Positions 27,822 to 38,217 of a stretch of DNA of 64,000 nt are shown piece by piece. The notes under the pieces were generated by a model. The model searched no databases and had not been told where the DNA came from. It worked only from the letters and a program-made list of their open reading frames with translations. Source of the DNA: Candidatus Bathyarchaeota archaeon (lineage in GTDB: Archaea > Thermoproteota > Bathyarchaeia > Bathyarchaeales > Bathycorpusculaceae). Within the stretch, counting starts at the first letter, position 1; each line of letters starts with the position of its first letter. The DNA lies in the NCBI GenBank assembly GCA_963815095.1, contig CAWFFH010000006.1:96001-160000 (forward strand), given 5' to 3'. The position numbers and the translations under genes were made by a program.

Positions 27822-29105
27822 TTATGGGTAGAATCTGCGGGTAGTTCTTGGGAATGGGATGGCGTCAATGATGTTATCCAAGTCAAGCATCCAAACCAGC
27901 AGCCTCTCAAGACCCATTCCGAATCCGACATGTGGCACGGTGCCATAGCGTCGCAGGTCAAGGTACCATTCGTAGTCTTCAGGCTTCAAACCCTGTGCCT
28001 TCATGCGTTCGATTAGTATTTCTTTGTTTTCTTCTCTTGCGCCACCGGTGCTGATTTCGCCGATTCTCGGCACCATCATGTCTACGGACATAGCAACTTC
28101 TGGGTGGTCACTGTAGGTTTTGCAGTAGAATGCTTTGATTTCTGTGGGGTAATCGTATACAAAGAAAGGTGTACCAAAGTCTTCCGCCAAAACTTTCTCG
28201 TCTTCGTAGCCAAGGTCAGCGCCCCAATTCAACGCTGGATTCTTTACTTTTAGGCGTTCGATGGCTTCTTTGTAAGTTATTCTTGGAAACGGCGTCTTCA
28301 CCGCTTTTAATTTTTCAATATCAGCGCCTAACTCCTTAAATTCAGCTTGGCAACTTTCGGCAATGGCTTGACAAATATGCTCCATTAAACCTTCTTCAAA
28401 CTTCATTAAATCATTCATGTCGGCAAATGGCCATTCGCCTTCCATATGCCAATACTCCGTTAAATGACGGATAGTTCGGCTCTTTTCTGCGCGAAATGAA
28501 GGCGCGATGCAGTATACATTTTCCAACGAATAGATTAGGATTTCAAGGTAGAGTTGGCTACTCTGAGTCAAGTACAGTTCCTGGTCAAAATATTTTAAGC
28601 CAAACAATGTTGATCCGCCTTCAACAGCAGCAGATATGAACATTGGTGGCGAGACTTCAATGTAGCTTTGTTTTTTGAAGTATTCTCTTGCTGCTTCTAG
28701 CACTTCAGCTCGGACTTTCATGACCAGATTCATTTTTCTGCTACGCAACCAGAGGTGGCGCATGTCACGAATGAATTCTTCGCTTTTGTCTTTGGAAATT
28801 GGAAAAGTTTCTGCTAAACCTATTATATTGATGGCTTCTGCGCCGATTTCGAAGCCGCCTGGTGCACGTTTATCTTCTTTAGCGGTTCCTTCTAGTGAAA
28901 CAGAGGATTCTATTGTTAGTTTTTGGGCTTCACTCCAGCCTGTACTGGTTTTTTTTACAGTACATTGAATTACGCCTGTTGAATCTCGGATTAATAGAAA
29001 CATGAGTTCTTTTCCTTCGCGTTTGCGGTATACCCAGCCGCGTACGGTTACTTGTTGGTCTTTAAAGGTGCCTTCCAATATTTCGTTTATTTTAACCAAA
29101 GCCAT
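27822..29105 (-). CDS. asnS: Asparagine--tRNA ligase
   Basis: OB fold (VRGWV), RHLWLRS, YLTQSSQLYLE, FRAEKS...RHLTEYW, GMGLER. Confidence 0.92.
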   Translation of the reverse strand: MALVKINEILEGTFKDQQVTVRGWVYRKREGKELMFLLIRDSTGVIQCTVKKTSTGWSEAQKLTIESSVSLEGTAKEDKRAPGGFEIGAEAINIIGLAETFPISKDKSEEFIRDMRHLWLRSRKMNLVMKVRAEVLEAAREYFKKQSYIEVSPPMFISAAVEGGSTLFGLKYFDQELYLTQSSQLYLEILIYSLENVYCIAPSFRAEKSRTIRHLTEYWHMEGEWPFADMNDLMKFEEGLMEHICQAIAESCQAEFKELGADIEKLKAVKTPFPRITYKEAIERLKVKNPALNWGADLGYEDEKVLAEDFGTPFFVYDYPTEIKAFYCKTYSDHPEVAMSVDMMVPRIGEISTGGAREENKEILIERMKAQGLKPEDYEWYLDLRRYGTVPHVGFGMGLERLLVWMLDLDNIIDAIPFPRTTRRFYP

Positions 29106-29337
29106 CGGGCATCAACTATTTCCTGTATTACTTATTCTCAAACCTAAATGCATATCGATTTAGGAGCTTAACTTTAAGATACCCTCCTGAAGTAATTTCA
29201 ATTGAAAAGTTGACCACAAAAAAAGAGTAGCAAGTGACCACTGACTATACAACCGAGGGAATAGCGAAAATCTTATGAAGACTTCATAATCATATGAAGA
29301 TGGGCAATTATTCAGGAAACAATAGGTTGGGGAACTA

Positions 29338-30195
29338 TTGCAAGAAGACTTAGTGATTAAATTAGAAAGCTTTGGTTTTACGGTCAATCAGGCTAAGGTG
29401 TACCTAAATATCGTGCAATCTGGAAAAACACGGGTTGGAAATATCTCCAAAAGCACCCAGTTGCATCGGCAAGACATATACAAACTATTGCCTAAACTTG
29501 AAAAAATGGGGTTAATCATAAAAACAATCGATTCGCCTTTTATGATTGAAGCCATTCCGATAGATAAAGCCTTAGAGACCCTAATAGCAAAGGAAAGAGA
29601 AAAATCCAATCAGAGAATTTGTCATCTGGAAAATAACCTCAAAGAAATGGTAAATTCAATCCAAAAACAACCCGAGGTTAAAGACGAAGTGCAATTCAGT
29701 CTCTTGACCACTGATGAAGCCTTAAAAAGCAGAGCAAAGCGCACTTTAAAAAAACTAAAAAGAGAGTTTCTTTTAGTTGCCAATATCGAACATCTTCAAA
29801 CGCCTTCTATGCATTTCCGCGATTTCCTGCAAACAATCGCAGCAAGCAACGCCAAAACAAGATTAATCGTAATAACCAAAGACGACCCTGAGAAAACTAA
29901 AAAAGTTATTGAAAAAATAGTCCCATCCACAAGTCAGTTCACAGTTAGATCCATTAATAAAACCTCCTGCAAAAACTACCAAATCGTTGATAACAAAGAA
30001 ATATGGATCGCTACCCAGCAAAATACTGAATCAGGCTACCCATGTATGCTTTGGACAAACGACCAAAACATTATTGATGTTTATAAGGAAAATTTCAAAA
30101 AAACGTGGAGCCGAGCACAATCAGCAATCGCAATGGGAATTACGGTTTCATCTCTTACCTGTATCGCTGTTTCTTTTTTGGACCTGCTTGCATGA
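29338..30195 (+). CDS. TrmB-family transcriptional regulator
   Basis: LESFGFTVNQAKVY...LHRQDIYKLLPKLEKMGLI, C-terminal IVDNKE effector domain. Confidence 0.88.
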   Translation: MQEDLVIKLESFGFTVNQAKVYLNIVQSGKTRVGNISKSTQLHRQDIYKLLPKLEKMGLIIKTIDSPFMIEAIPIDKALETLIAKEREKSNQRICHLENNLKEMVNSIQKQPEVKDEVQFSLLTTDEALKSRAKRTLKKLKREFLLVANIEHLQTPSMHFRDFLQTIAASNAKTRLIVITKDDPEKTKKVIEKIVPSTSQFTVRSINKTSCKNYQIVDNKEIWIATQQNTESGYPCMLWTNDQNIIDVYKENFKKTWSRAQSAIAMGITVSSLTCIAVSFLDLLA

Positions 30196-30205
30196 ATTCT
30201 TAACA

Positions 30206-31450
30206 TTACGCTTCTTTGACTATGGGCTCGTAAACTTTCCAGAAAACAAAAATAGAGAGCGGGATTGCTGATGCCGCTAAAAGTAGAAACGGAAGCTGTG
30301 GAGAAACAAAAGCGTAAAGCACCCCTACCACTATTTGTAGAATAGCTTGCATAATGAACATGAAAAATTGTAAGCATCCAGTAACTGTTCCCCTTAAATT
30401 TCGCGGAACCAAGTCACCCATCAAAACTTGGTAACTGTTGAGTTGCAACAGGTTGCCTAAGCCGAAGAAGAAAAAGGCCAGCAATAACATGTTAAAATCT
30501 GCGTTGATGAACAAAAGCATGCCTGGGACATAAAGCAAATAACCCAATATTAGGAAACGTTTCCTACCCATGACATCCATGCTGAACCCGGCAACTATGC
30601 CTGGAATTGCGATGGTCAGGTACCTGAAAGCTACTACAATTGCCCATTGTGATAATGATATTTTAAGGATTGAAGTTGCATAAACTACAAAGTATGCTTG
30701 GCAACTAACGACTAATCCATTTATAACTATTATGGCTAAGAAAAGATTAAAGGCGGATTTGGGAATTTTACGCCAAACATAAATGCCTTCTTTAACTGAT
30801 TTAGGATAGTCCTTTAATGCTGCGATGAAACTTGGTCTTTTCTTTTCAGGTTCAGACGATAATGTTTCTTTAAGTCTGAGCCTCAGAAGGGCTATCGCAA
30901 AATACGTTAGCGCCACTATGGTGTACGCTATACGCATGCCTAAATCAAAGTTAAAGGTTACAACCAAATATTGAGCAATAAGTGGTGCGGGCAGAAGCAC
31001 AAGTGTCGTAATTACTGATTGAAAACTGAAACCTGCGCCCCTATTTTCTGGCGCCAAAGAATCCATAACCATCGCCATAAGGGCTGGACCATAGATCGAG
31101 CATAAATTTTGTATTAGTAGCCCTATCAAAAGGAACTGCCATGAAGGAGCAAAAATGAAAAATAATGTTCCAATACCTAAGCCAAAAGTCATCGTGACTA
31201 TTAGCCATCTTCTACCATGTTTATCAGCCAAGTAGCCACCAGGAAGCTGCACAAGGGCAACGGCAATTGAGCCAACAAATCCAAGAATGGAGATAAGAAA
31301 TAAGTTGGCACCTAAATGCAAGTAATAAAGGCTGGTATAAGTGTCAGGAATTGGCTGGGCGAAAAACATGATTATCCAGCTTATTGTTATGAGTAGAAAA
31401 TTGCCTCTTAACACGGCTGAGTCGCCACGGAAAAGCGTTGACAACTTCAT
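30206..31450 (-). CDS. MFS transporter
   Basis: GGYLADKHGRR motif A; about 12 TM helices. Confidence 0.92.
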   Translation of the reverse strand: MKLSTLFRGDSAVLRGNFLLITISWIIMFFAQPIPDTYTSLYYLHLGANLFLISILGFVGSIAVALVQLPGGYLADKHGRRWLIVTMTFGLGIGTLFFIFAPSWQFLLIGLLIQNLCSIYGPALMAMVMDSLAPENRGAGFSFQSVITTLVLLPAPLIAQYLVVTFNFDLGMRIAYTIVALTYFAIALLRLRLKETLSSEPEKKRPSFIAALKDYPKSVKEGIYVWRKIPKSAFNLFLAIIVINGLVVSCQAYFVVYATSILKISLSQWAIVVAFRYLTIAIPGIVAGFSMDVMGRKRFLILGYLLYVPGMLLFINADFNMLLLAFFFFGLGNLLQLNSYQVLMGDLVPRNLRGTVTGCLQFFMFIMQAILQIVVGVLYAFVSPQLPFLLLAASAIPLSIFVFWKVYEPIVKEA

Positions 31451-31584
31451 TGTGGATAAAAATCAGTTAAGAATTATTTAAATTAAAATCAACAATTTCA
31501 AAATTATATTTTGAAAATCAATTAGCAAATTGCATCCCACAATTCTTAAATCGCCCTTGCAGAGAGCATAATTAGATTACGAAA

Positions 31585-32955
31585 ATGTCGGAACATTCAG
31601 ATGGAAATACCAAACTGAAGGCACTCAAGATTTCAGCTGTTGCAATATTTAGTGTCGTATTGGTTGAGGTTACAGTTGGTTTCTTGGTTAACAGTTTAGC
31701 GATAATGAGTGACGGCTTACACGCGTTATTGGATGCTGTCTCGAGCCTCATGTTGTTTTTCGCTGTCCGCGCCTCACTCAAACCAGCTGATGAAGAACAC
31801 ACTTACGGTCACGAAAAGTTTGAGACTATAGGAGGATTAATCGGCGGCATAGTATTAATTGTAGTAGCATTCATAATTTTCTACGAAGCTGCATTACGCC
31901 TAATAAGCCCCCCGCAACTTGCTATAGGGATAGAGTATGCAGGTTTCATTGCCATAGGCTACGCACTCTTCATTGCTTCCCTTAGAGTAACTGTTTTCAA
32001 GAAGTTCCAGCACATTCAAAGCACATCAATGAAAGCAGGCTTTTATGACGCTATTTCAGATTTAAGTTCAACTTTACTTGCCCTTGTAGGTTTTGGCTTA
32101 GCCATATTGGGTTTTACAGGCGGAGACGCTTTTGCATCTATTTTCTTAGGAGTAATGCTGACTTACTTGAGTCTTAAACTGGTGAAGGTCAGCGTTATGG
32201 AACTTAGCGACACCGCTTCAAAAGAGCTTATTGAAAAAACTAGAAAAATAATTCTTTCCTGCGAGGATGTGGTTAAAACGGAGAACCTTAAAGTTCGCAA
32301 AGTTAGTTCAAAAGTTTTCATAGATGCGTCAGTTCAGGTTCCAAGTCTTATGAGTTTGGAAGACGCACATTCCTTAGCCTCAAAGATTGAAGCCTGCTTA
32401 AAAGGCGCCTTTGGAAATGTGGATGCAACTATTCATATTGAACCCTCTGATAAAGAACGAAAAATGGACCAACTAGTCGAGAAGTTGGCCTCGGTTGATG
32501 GCGTAAAAGAAATCCACGAAATCTCAACCATTTACGTCGGCGGCAAACTGTACATCACTTTACATGCTTACGTTAACCCTGAAATGTCTGTGGAAGAAGC
32601 CCATAGAATCGCTGAAACCATTGAGGGAAGCATGCAAGCTGAGATTAAATCTCTTGAAAACGTTACTGTTCATGTTGAACCAGCAGGAGTTGCTATTCCA
32701 GCCGCGGAAGTTAATGAAGTTCAACTAAGAAAAGTCGTAAATGAAGTAGCCAAAAATATTCTGGGTAGCTTGCGCATTAAACGAGTCTTAACTTATGCTT
32801 CGGGAGGCAAACGGTACATTAACATTGACTGCTATTTCACCAAGCAGATTCAGATAAAGGAAGCTCATAGGATAGCATCACAAATTGAGAAGGAAACTAA
32901 AGAGTACTTTGCGAACGCTGTGGTTACGGTTCATATTGAGCCTGAGAGCCCCTAA
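31585..32955 (+). CDS. Cation diffusion facilitator with three tandem C-terminal dimerisation domains
   Basis: SDGLHALLD, HTYGHEKFE; AHxxAxxIE...xHxEP repeated three times. Confidence 0.9.
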   Translation: MSEHSDGNTKLKALKISAVAIFSVVLVEVTVGFLVNSLAIMSDGLHALLDAVSSLMLFFAVRASLKPADEEHTYGHEKFETIGGLIGGIVLIVVAFIIFYEAALRLISPPQLAIGIEYAGFIAIGYALFIASLRVTVFKKFQHIQSTSMKAGFYDAISDLSSTLLALVGFGLAILGFTGGDAFASIFLGVMLTYLSLKLVKVSVMELSDTASKELIEKTRKIILSCEDVVKTENLKVRKVSSKVFIDASVQVPSLMSLEDAHSLASKIEACLKGAFGNVDATIHIEPSDKERKMDQLVEKLASVDGVKEIHEISTIYVGGKLYITLHAYVNPEMSVEEAHRIAETIEGSMQAEIKSLENVTVHVEPAGVAIPAAEVNEVQLRKVVNEVAKNILGSLRIKRVLTYASGGKRYINIDCYFTKQIQIKEAHRIASQIEKETKEYFANAVVTVHIEPESP

Positions 32956-33113
32956 ATCTAAAAGAGTAGGCAACTGCCGAGAGCAAGATATACTTTTATG
33001 AAAAACCAGTTAAGTTTAGTTACAGTATGAAATAAATCAACCAATAAAACTTCGTTAAAAAGACAAAAAATTAATACTTTGCAAGAAAAAAAATAAAAAA
33101 AGGAAAAAGAGTT

Positions 33114-33863
33114 TTATTTAGTTTTGCGTCGGTATGCGTATGTTCCGAAGGCAATTGCAACTAATGCTAAAGCTACGACTATTGTTGCTATGCTTGAAAA
33201 TTCGGGAACTGTTGGTGTTGGTTCAGTTGTACCTTCGGGGGTAAATACTGCTTGGTAGCTGTAGGTGCTTCCGTAGCCGTGGTTAACGTTGTAGGGATTG
33301 TCTGTTGGTGTTGCTGTGAAGGGGTATCCGCCGTGGCTTAGGTTGGGTCCTGAAATAACCCAGTGTGAGAATACCCAACCGCTCGCGGGCGTAGCTGTCA
33401 GTTCAAGCGCTGATGCATCCTCTAAAGCATAAGTTCCTGGCACTGGACTTGTTGTTCCTCCTGCAGATGTTAAGACTATTACGATTGCAGCTGTGGCAAA
33501 ATTAGTGACCGGAACACCATTTGGGGGTACCTGTATTGGAACAAAGTTTGCTTGCACAGTATAGGTGACGCCTCCGCTCACGGGGATTGTGATTGAAGCA
33601 TCTGTGGCAGTGTTGGCGCCTTGATCAATGGAAAAGATCCAATCTTGGAATACGTAGCCTGTGTCAGGTGTTGCAGTAAATGTAACTGATGTGCCATCAT
33701 CATAGGTGTGAGTTCCTGCCGCTGGATCTGTTGATCCTCCGACAGTGTCCACCATGATTACGGTAGCTTGGGTTTGAGCGCTTAGAACACTAACGTTTAG
33801 CGCTGCAAGGAGTAATAGCGAGGTTATGAAAGTCAAAGCAAATATTTTTTTAGATTTCATCAT
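33114..33863 (-). CDS. Surface protein with two divergent InlB-B-type repeats and a PEF-CTERM sorting signal
   Basis: Signal peptide; GGSTDP..TATPDTGYVFQDW and GGTTSP..TATPASGWVFSHW; C-terminal VPEF + TM + RRKTK. Confidence 0.8.
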   Translation of the reverse strand: MMKSKKIFALTFITSLLLLAALNVSVLSAQTQATVIMVDTVGGSTDPAAGTHTYDDGTSVTFTATPDTGYVFQDWIFSIDQGANTATDASITIPVSGGVTYTVQANFVPIQVPPNGVPVTNFATAAIVIVLTSAGGTTSPVPGTYALEDASALELTATPASGWVFSHWVISGPNLSHGGYPFTATPTDNPYNVNHGYGSTYSYQAVFTPEGTTEPTPTVPEFSSIATIVVALALVAIAFGTYAYRRKTK

Positions 33864-33930
33864 TTATTTTTTTCTCCAAAATAGCATGCTTGCTTGTTTC
33901 AATTTAACCAAATATTGTTATATTTAACTA

Positions 33931-33954
33931 TGTGACTGTACCTACACAACAACA
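33931..33954 (-). promoter_or_regulatory. TGTTG-N14-TCACA motif next to the TATA box of the 33863 gene
   Basis: Minus strand reads TGTTGTTGTGTAGGTACAGTCACA, then TAG, then TTAAATAT. Confidence 0.4.
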
Positions 33955-34117
33955 AGTAAACGACTGCTTCTTTGCAATCACAGCTACTCACCTCTTTATA
34001 TGCCGCAAAGGCGAAATCTGTTCTGATTAATTATTTTTTCTTTGAAACCTTTGCCACATAAACCTTTAATTCTCATATGCCTCTATATGAATAAGCAAAA
34101 TTTGAGGCGAGAGGAGA

Positions 34118-36346
34118 ATGTTATCTCGTTCAGCAATAGTTAAACTGAAAGCAATTCTGATAATTGACTTAATTATTATTGGCGTGGCTGCAGGAGCCTA
34201 TGTTTATCTTCAAGAACAAGGCGCCCTTGGAAGCGCCACTAAAGCCGCCAAGTTCACCTTAACTGATTTATCTATCTCTCCATCTGAAGCTTTCGTAGGT
34301 CAAGCAGTTCAAATTTCAGTTAACTTAACCAACATTGGCGATTTAGAAGGCAACCAAGCAGTAAACCTTGAAGTTAATAATGCTGTTAAAGATTCGACGA
34401 ATGTAACTCTTGCAGGTAACTCGACACAAATTGTCGAGTTTACCGATATTGAAATGGTGGCAGGAAACTATAGTGTTACAGTCGGGGATTTAACGGGAGC
34501 ATTTCTCATTAAAGATGCCCCGCCAGATTCCAGCAAAATTTTACTCTCAAATTTTATAAGCACACCCTACGAAGTTTGGGCATATGACAATGTCACTTTT
34601 TCTGCCATCGCCCAGAATCCATCAAATAAACCCGACAGCTTAACAATTAAAGTAACGGTTGATAACGTATTCGTAGGAATACTGGTTATTTCTCTAAATG
34701 CCGGAGAAACTCAAACTGTACAATATTCAATTAACGCATCCAACGCAGCAGAAGGAAAACATACAGCAGCACTAAACACGCTCTCTGGTTCATTTTATGT
34801 GGTTAAGACAGGATACCACACACTCATAATCAACCGCTCAGGAGGAGGCTCCACCCCGTTACCATTCACAATAAACGGCCAAAAAGAACAAACCGTTTAC
34901 CAAGCGCTACTGCCTATAGGAACATACACCGTTACTGTGCCTGACCCATTCAGTGTCGGAACAGGAGTGCTAGCCTTTACTTCTTGGAACGACGGCAGTA
35001 CAAATCCAACAAAAACTTTCACGTTAAGCAACCGTCAATTACTTGTTGTAACTTATACGTTAGTAAGCGGATACGCGTCCTGTCCTTCACTGTTCATGTG
35101 GAATGGAACAGGCTATTCTTATGTAACTGACGTTTCAAACCCAGGCTGGCTTGGATACATCGGCTACATGAATGAAGACGGCGGCATTGTAAATAGCGGA
35201 GGAAACCCCTGGGACTATATAAAACTCAACAATAACCTGATCGCTACAAACAATGATAACTTTGACATGACTTTGACTCAGCAATGGGACGAACTATTCT
35301 ATTTAGATTCAGCTTACATGCTGGTTGTTGACCACCCGGCAGGAACCAACGCATACACCTCGATGACAAACTACCTCAACAAAGGTTCAACAGGCCAAAT
35401 TTATACCGTAAGCAACAGTACCCTACTATCGCCTATCAGCGCCACAAACGAAAAAGGTCAAAATGTTCTGTCTCAAATCATAAAACAAGATGGAATTTAC
35501 ACGCCAGGAATAAATGGAGATGACAGCAAATCGTGGAACAACATAACCCAAAACCAATTAACTTTAGATTTAGGCAATTTATCTGCCGCTCCAGCCACAA
35601 AACTTGTAATTACGGGAATGGTCGATTGGGGCTCAGCCGACGCGTATTATGCTTGGATAAACGATTTCAAAGAAGCGGCTGCACAAGGACTTGTTCCCAA
35701 CGGCACGCAAATTACTCCCCCACCCACCATGGAAATTAAAGATGCAAACGGCAACTGGGTTAGCGTTCCACAAAGCAGTGAGGTACCTTTGCCCTCAGAT
35801 TATAATGCTCGAACTTTCATCGTCGACCTATCAGGACTTTTCCCGGCTGACGTGAAGAGTTACCAAGTTAGAATCACCAACTTCTGGAACGTTACATACG
35901 ATTACATAGGAATAGATACAACGCCACAACAAACCACAACAATTCAGAAACTAACACCTACTTCAGCAAATCTCAGCCAAATCTGGGACACCAACTCTTC
36001 ATCTTCAGGAGCTTTCACTCGATACGGCGACGTAACACCATTAATGCAAAGTGCGGATGACATGTTTGTGATTGGACGACAAGGTGACACTGTTAACATG
36101 CAATTCTCAACCGCCAACTTGAAAGCTCCTACACCAGGTATGGTGAGAGACTACTTCTTTGTGGTAGCATGCTGGTTTAAAGACCCCCCAAGCGCATGGG
36201 GATACGGATTCAACTTCACAGTAAACCCAATGCCTTTCATGGCTATGAGTGGATTCCCTTACCCAACAACTGAGAGCTATCCATACGTCGCAGTAAACTT
36301 AGCCTACATCCAACAATACAACACTCGAATAATACCTGCCCCATAG
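34118..36346 (+). CDS. Large cell-surface protein: class-III-like signal peptide, two CARDB/Ig-like domains, C-terminal SCP-motif beta domain
   Basis: MLSRSA/IVKLKAILIIDLIII; ISVNLTNIGDLEG; ASCPSLFMWNG, ELFYLD, FTRYGDV, GWFKD-like CWFKD, PMPFMAMSGFPY. Confidence 0.75.
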   Translation: MLSRSAIVKLKAILIIDLIIIGVAAGAYVYLQEQGALGSATKAAKFTLTDLSISPSEAFVGQAVQISVNLTNIGDLEGNQAVNLEVNNAVKDSTNVTLAGNSTQIVEFTDIEMVAGNYSVTVGDLTGAFLIKDAPPDSSKILLSNFISTPYEVWAYDNVTFSAIAQNPSNKPDSLTIKVTVDNVFVGILVISLNAGETQTVQYSINASNAAEGKHTAALNTLSGSFYVVKTGYHTLIINRSGGGSTPLPFTINGQKEQTVYQALLPIGTYTVTVPDPFSVGTGVLAFTSWNDGSTNPTKTFTLSNRQLLVVTYTLVSGYASCPSLFMWNGTGYSYVTDVSNPGWLGYIGYMNEDGGIVNSGGNPWDYIKLNNNLIATNNDNFDMTLTQQWDELFYLDSAYMLVVDHPAGTNAYTSMTNYLNKGSTGQIYTVSNSTLLSPISATNEKGQNVLSQIIKQDGIYTPGINGDDSKSWNNITQNQLTLDLGNLSAAPATKLVITGMVDWGSADAYYAWINDFKEAAAQGLVPNGTQITPPPTMEIKDANGNWVSVPQSSEVPLPSDYNARTFIVDLSGLFPADVKSYQVRITNFWNVTYDYIGIDTTPQQTTTIQKLTPTSANLSQIWDTNSSSSGAFTRYGDVTPLMQSADDMFVIGRQGDTVNMQFSTANLKAPTPGMVRDYFFVVACWFKDPPSAWGYGFNFTVNPMPFMAMSGFPYPTTESYPYVAVNLAYIQQYNTRIIPAP

Positions 36347-36473
36347 TTCTCCCCTTTTCTTTTTTTTAAAAAACAGCTAAAAACAGAAAAACAAATACAA
36401 ATGCGAAATTTATGTAAGATTTAAAAGGTTTCAACCTGTTACTTGCTTTAATAACTTCCAAAGAGACTATGGC

Positions 36474-37172
36474 ATGTCGTTGACACCTGAAATCCCAAAT
36501 CCATACGTAGGCTCATTTATCATAGGACTAATTTATGGATTAGGGGTTTGCACCGCCTCCTGCCTGCCATATATATCAGCCTACATTGCAGGAACTGGCG
36601 CAGGTTTTAAAAAAGGAATTAAAATTACTTTAATTTTTAATTCTGGAAGAATAATAGCATATGCTTTGATTGGTGCATTAATCGGGATGTTAAGTGGACT
36701 GGTGACTTTGCTAGCGCCTAACGCTTTGTCGCCCTTTCAAGTTTATTCTGCGTTGATATTTGGAGCAATAACAATAGCAATTGGCGCAAGTATTCTCTTG
36801 AAAACAAGAAAACCATACGAATGTAATATCAAAGGCACAAATGTTGCGGCATCTGGGAAAAAAAGGCGCTTCGGATTTGATTTTGGCGCCTTCACACTTG
36901 GTCTAAGTAGAGGATTAATCATCTGCCCACCCCTTGTTTCTCTGCTCTTAGTCTATGCATTACCGTTCTCCAACCCTGTAGGAAGTATGACTTTGGCTGT
37001 CCTCTTTGGATTAGGAACCGTAATCTCGCCCTTGTTAGTGCTTGGCGGAGTTACAGGTTGGTTACTAAACAAGGCGCCGCTATTTCGCAAATGGATCTCA
37101 CTATCAGGAGGCGGAATACTAATACTACTTGGAGTAATTACTATCGTTAATTCCGTAATTCAACCAAGATAA
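36474..37172 (+). CDS. CcdA/DsbD_2-like (TauE/SafE-annotated) membrane protein
   Basis: GVCTASCLPY, FNSGRIIAYALIG, IICPP, LFGLGT; six TM helices. Confidence 0.8.
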   Translation: MSLTPEIPNPYVGSFIIGLIYGLGVCTASCLPYISAYIAGTGAGFKKGIKITLIFNSGRIIAYALIGALIGMLSGLVTLLAPNALSPFQVYSALIFGAITIAIGASILLKTRKPYECNIKGTNVAASGKKRRFGFDFGAFTLGLSRGLIICPPLVSLLLVYALPFSNPVGSMTLAVLFGLGTVISPLLVLGGVTGWLLNKAPLFRKWISLSGGGILILLGVITIVNSVIQPR

Positions 37173-37191
37173 TTCTATAGGTGGGAAAAAA

Positions 37192-38217
37192 ATGGGTTTG
37201 GAACTACTTGGAGACCTATTAAGGCTCATGGTGCTTGCGGGACTTGGGGTAGCAGGGATTCTGAGTATTTTGATTTGGAAGAAAAACCTATCCACACGGG
37301 TAACTTTTCTCAGGTTTGTTATCCAAGCAGTTTCTTTTGCAGCAATATTCTATGTGCTTTCTTATACAATTCCGCCTGCGTCTGGAGGATTGCCACCCAT
37401 TGAGTTTCTTTACGTACTAGTTATAGTGTTGTCTATGACTCTTTTTTTGGGCAGGATTTTCTGCGGATGGTTATGTCCCTTCGCCCTTATAATGGACATA
37501 GAAAGCCTCGTTAGAAAAGCCCTCAAAATACCCTACCGAATAATCCCCAACAAACTAAACAAAATGCTCCATCAATCACGATACATCATATTGTTATTTT
37601 TCTTGCTAATGCCGGTATTGTTATGGTTTCTGAATCCCCAGCCAATCATGGTTTCGCCATTGATGGCTCAACTTTTAGCAGGTCATTTCCGACCCTACAG
37701 CATACTGCTTGACCCGTTAATTCCTTTTCTTGTCCCATGGAAAGGACAGCTTATTATAAACCAGGTTAACTTAACTTATCCTTATGCTTTGGACTTCATT
37801 ACTTATGTAGGCGCAAACATTGGGCAAGTAATAGCCATAGTGTTTGTTGGGTTAACGTTGGTGGGATCTTTTTTGTTTAGGCGTGTCTGGTGCCGTTTCT
37901 GTCCAACAGGCGCTTCATTGGCTGTTGTGAACAGGTTTAAGGGTTTTAAGTGGGCACCACTGCTTCATATTGACAAAGACGAAGAAAAATGCACCAAGTG
38001 CGGCGTGTGCAAACGCGTTTGCCCAGTACAAGTTAATGAAGTTTATGAGCAAAAGGGCGGAAAAATCAAAACCTCCCAATGCATGCTCTGTGTAAGATGC
38101 GTGGAAATGTGCCCATACGAGGAAACACTAAAAGTAAAGTTGGGTAGCAAGACCGTATTTAAATCAAGAAACTGGTTAGAACAACCTAAGAGTGAAAGAG
38201 GAAGAGAGAATGACTGA
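37192..38217 (+). CDS. NapH/MauN-like membrane 4Fe-4S protein
   Basis: GRIFCGWLCP, RVWCRFCP, C-terminal CTKCGVCKRVCP and CMLCVRCVEMCP. Confidence 0.88.
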   Translation: MGLELLGDLLRLMVLAGLGVAGILSILIWKKNLSTRVTFLRFVIQAVSFAAIFYVLSYTIPPASGGLPPIEFLYVLVIVLSMTLFLGRIFCGWLCPFALIMDIESLVRKALKIPYRIIPNKLNKMLHQSRYIILLFFLLMPVLLWFLNPQPIMVSPLMAQLLAGHFRPYSILLDPLIPFLVPWKGQLIINQVNLTYPYALDFITYVGANIGQVIAIVFVGLTLVGSFLFRRVWCRFCPTGASLAVVNRFKGFKWAPLLHIDKDEEKCTKCGVCKRVCPVQVNEVYEQKGGKIKTSQCMLCVRCVEMCPYEETLKVKLGSKTVFKSRNWLEQPKSERGREND

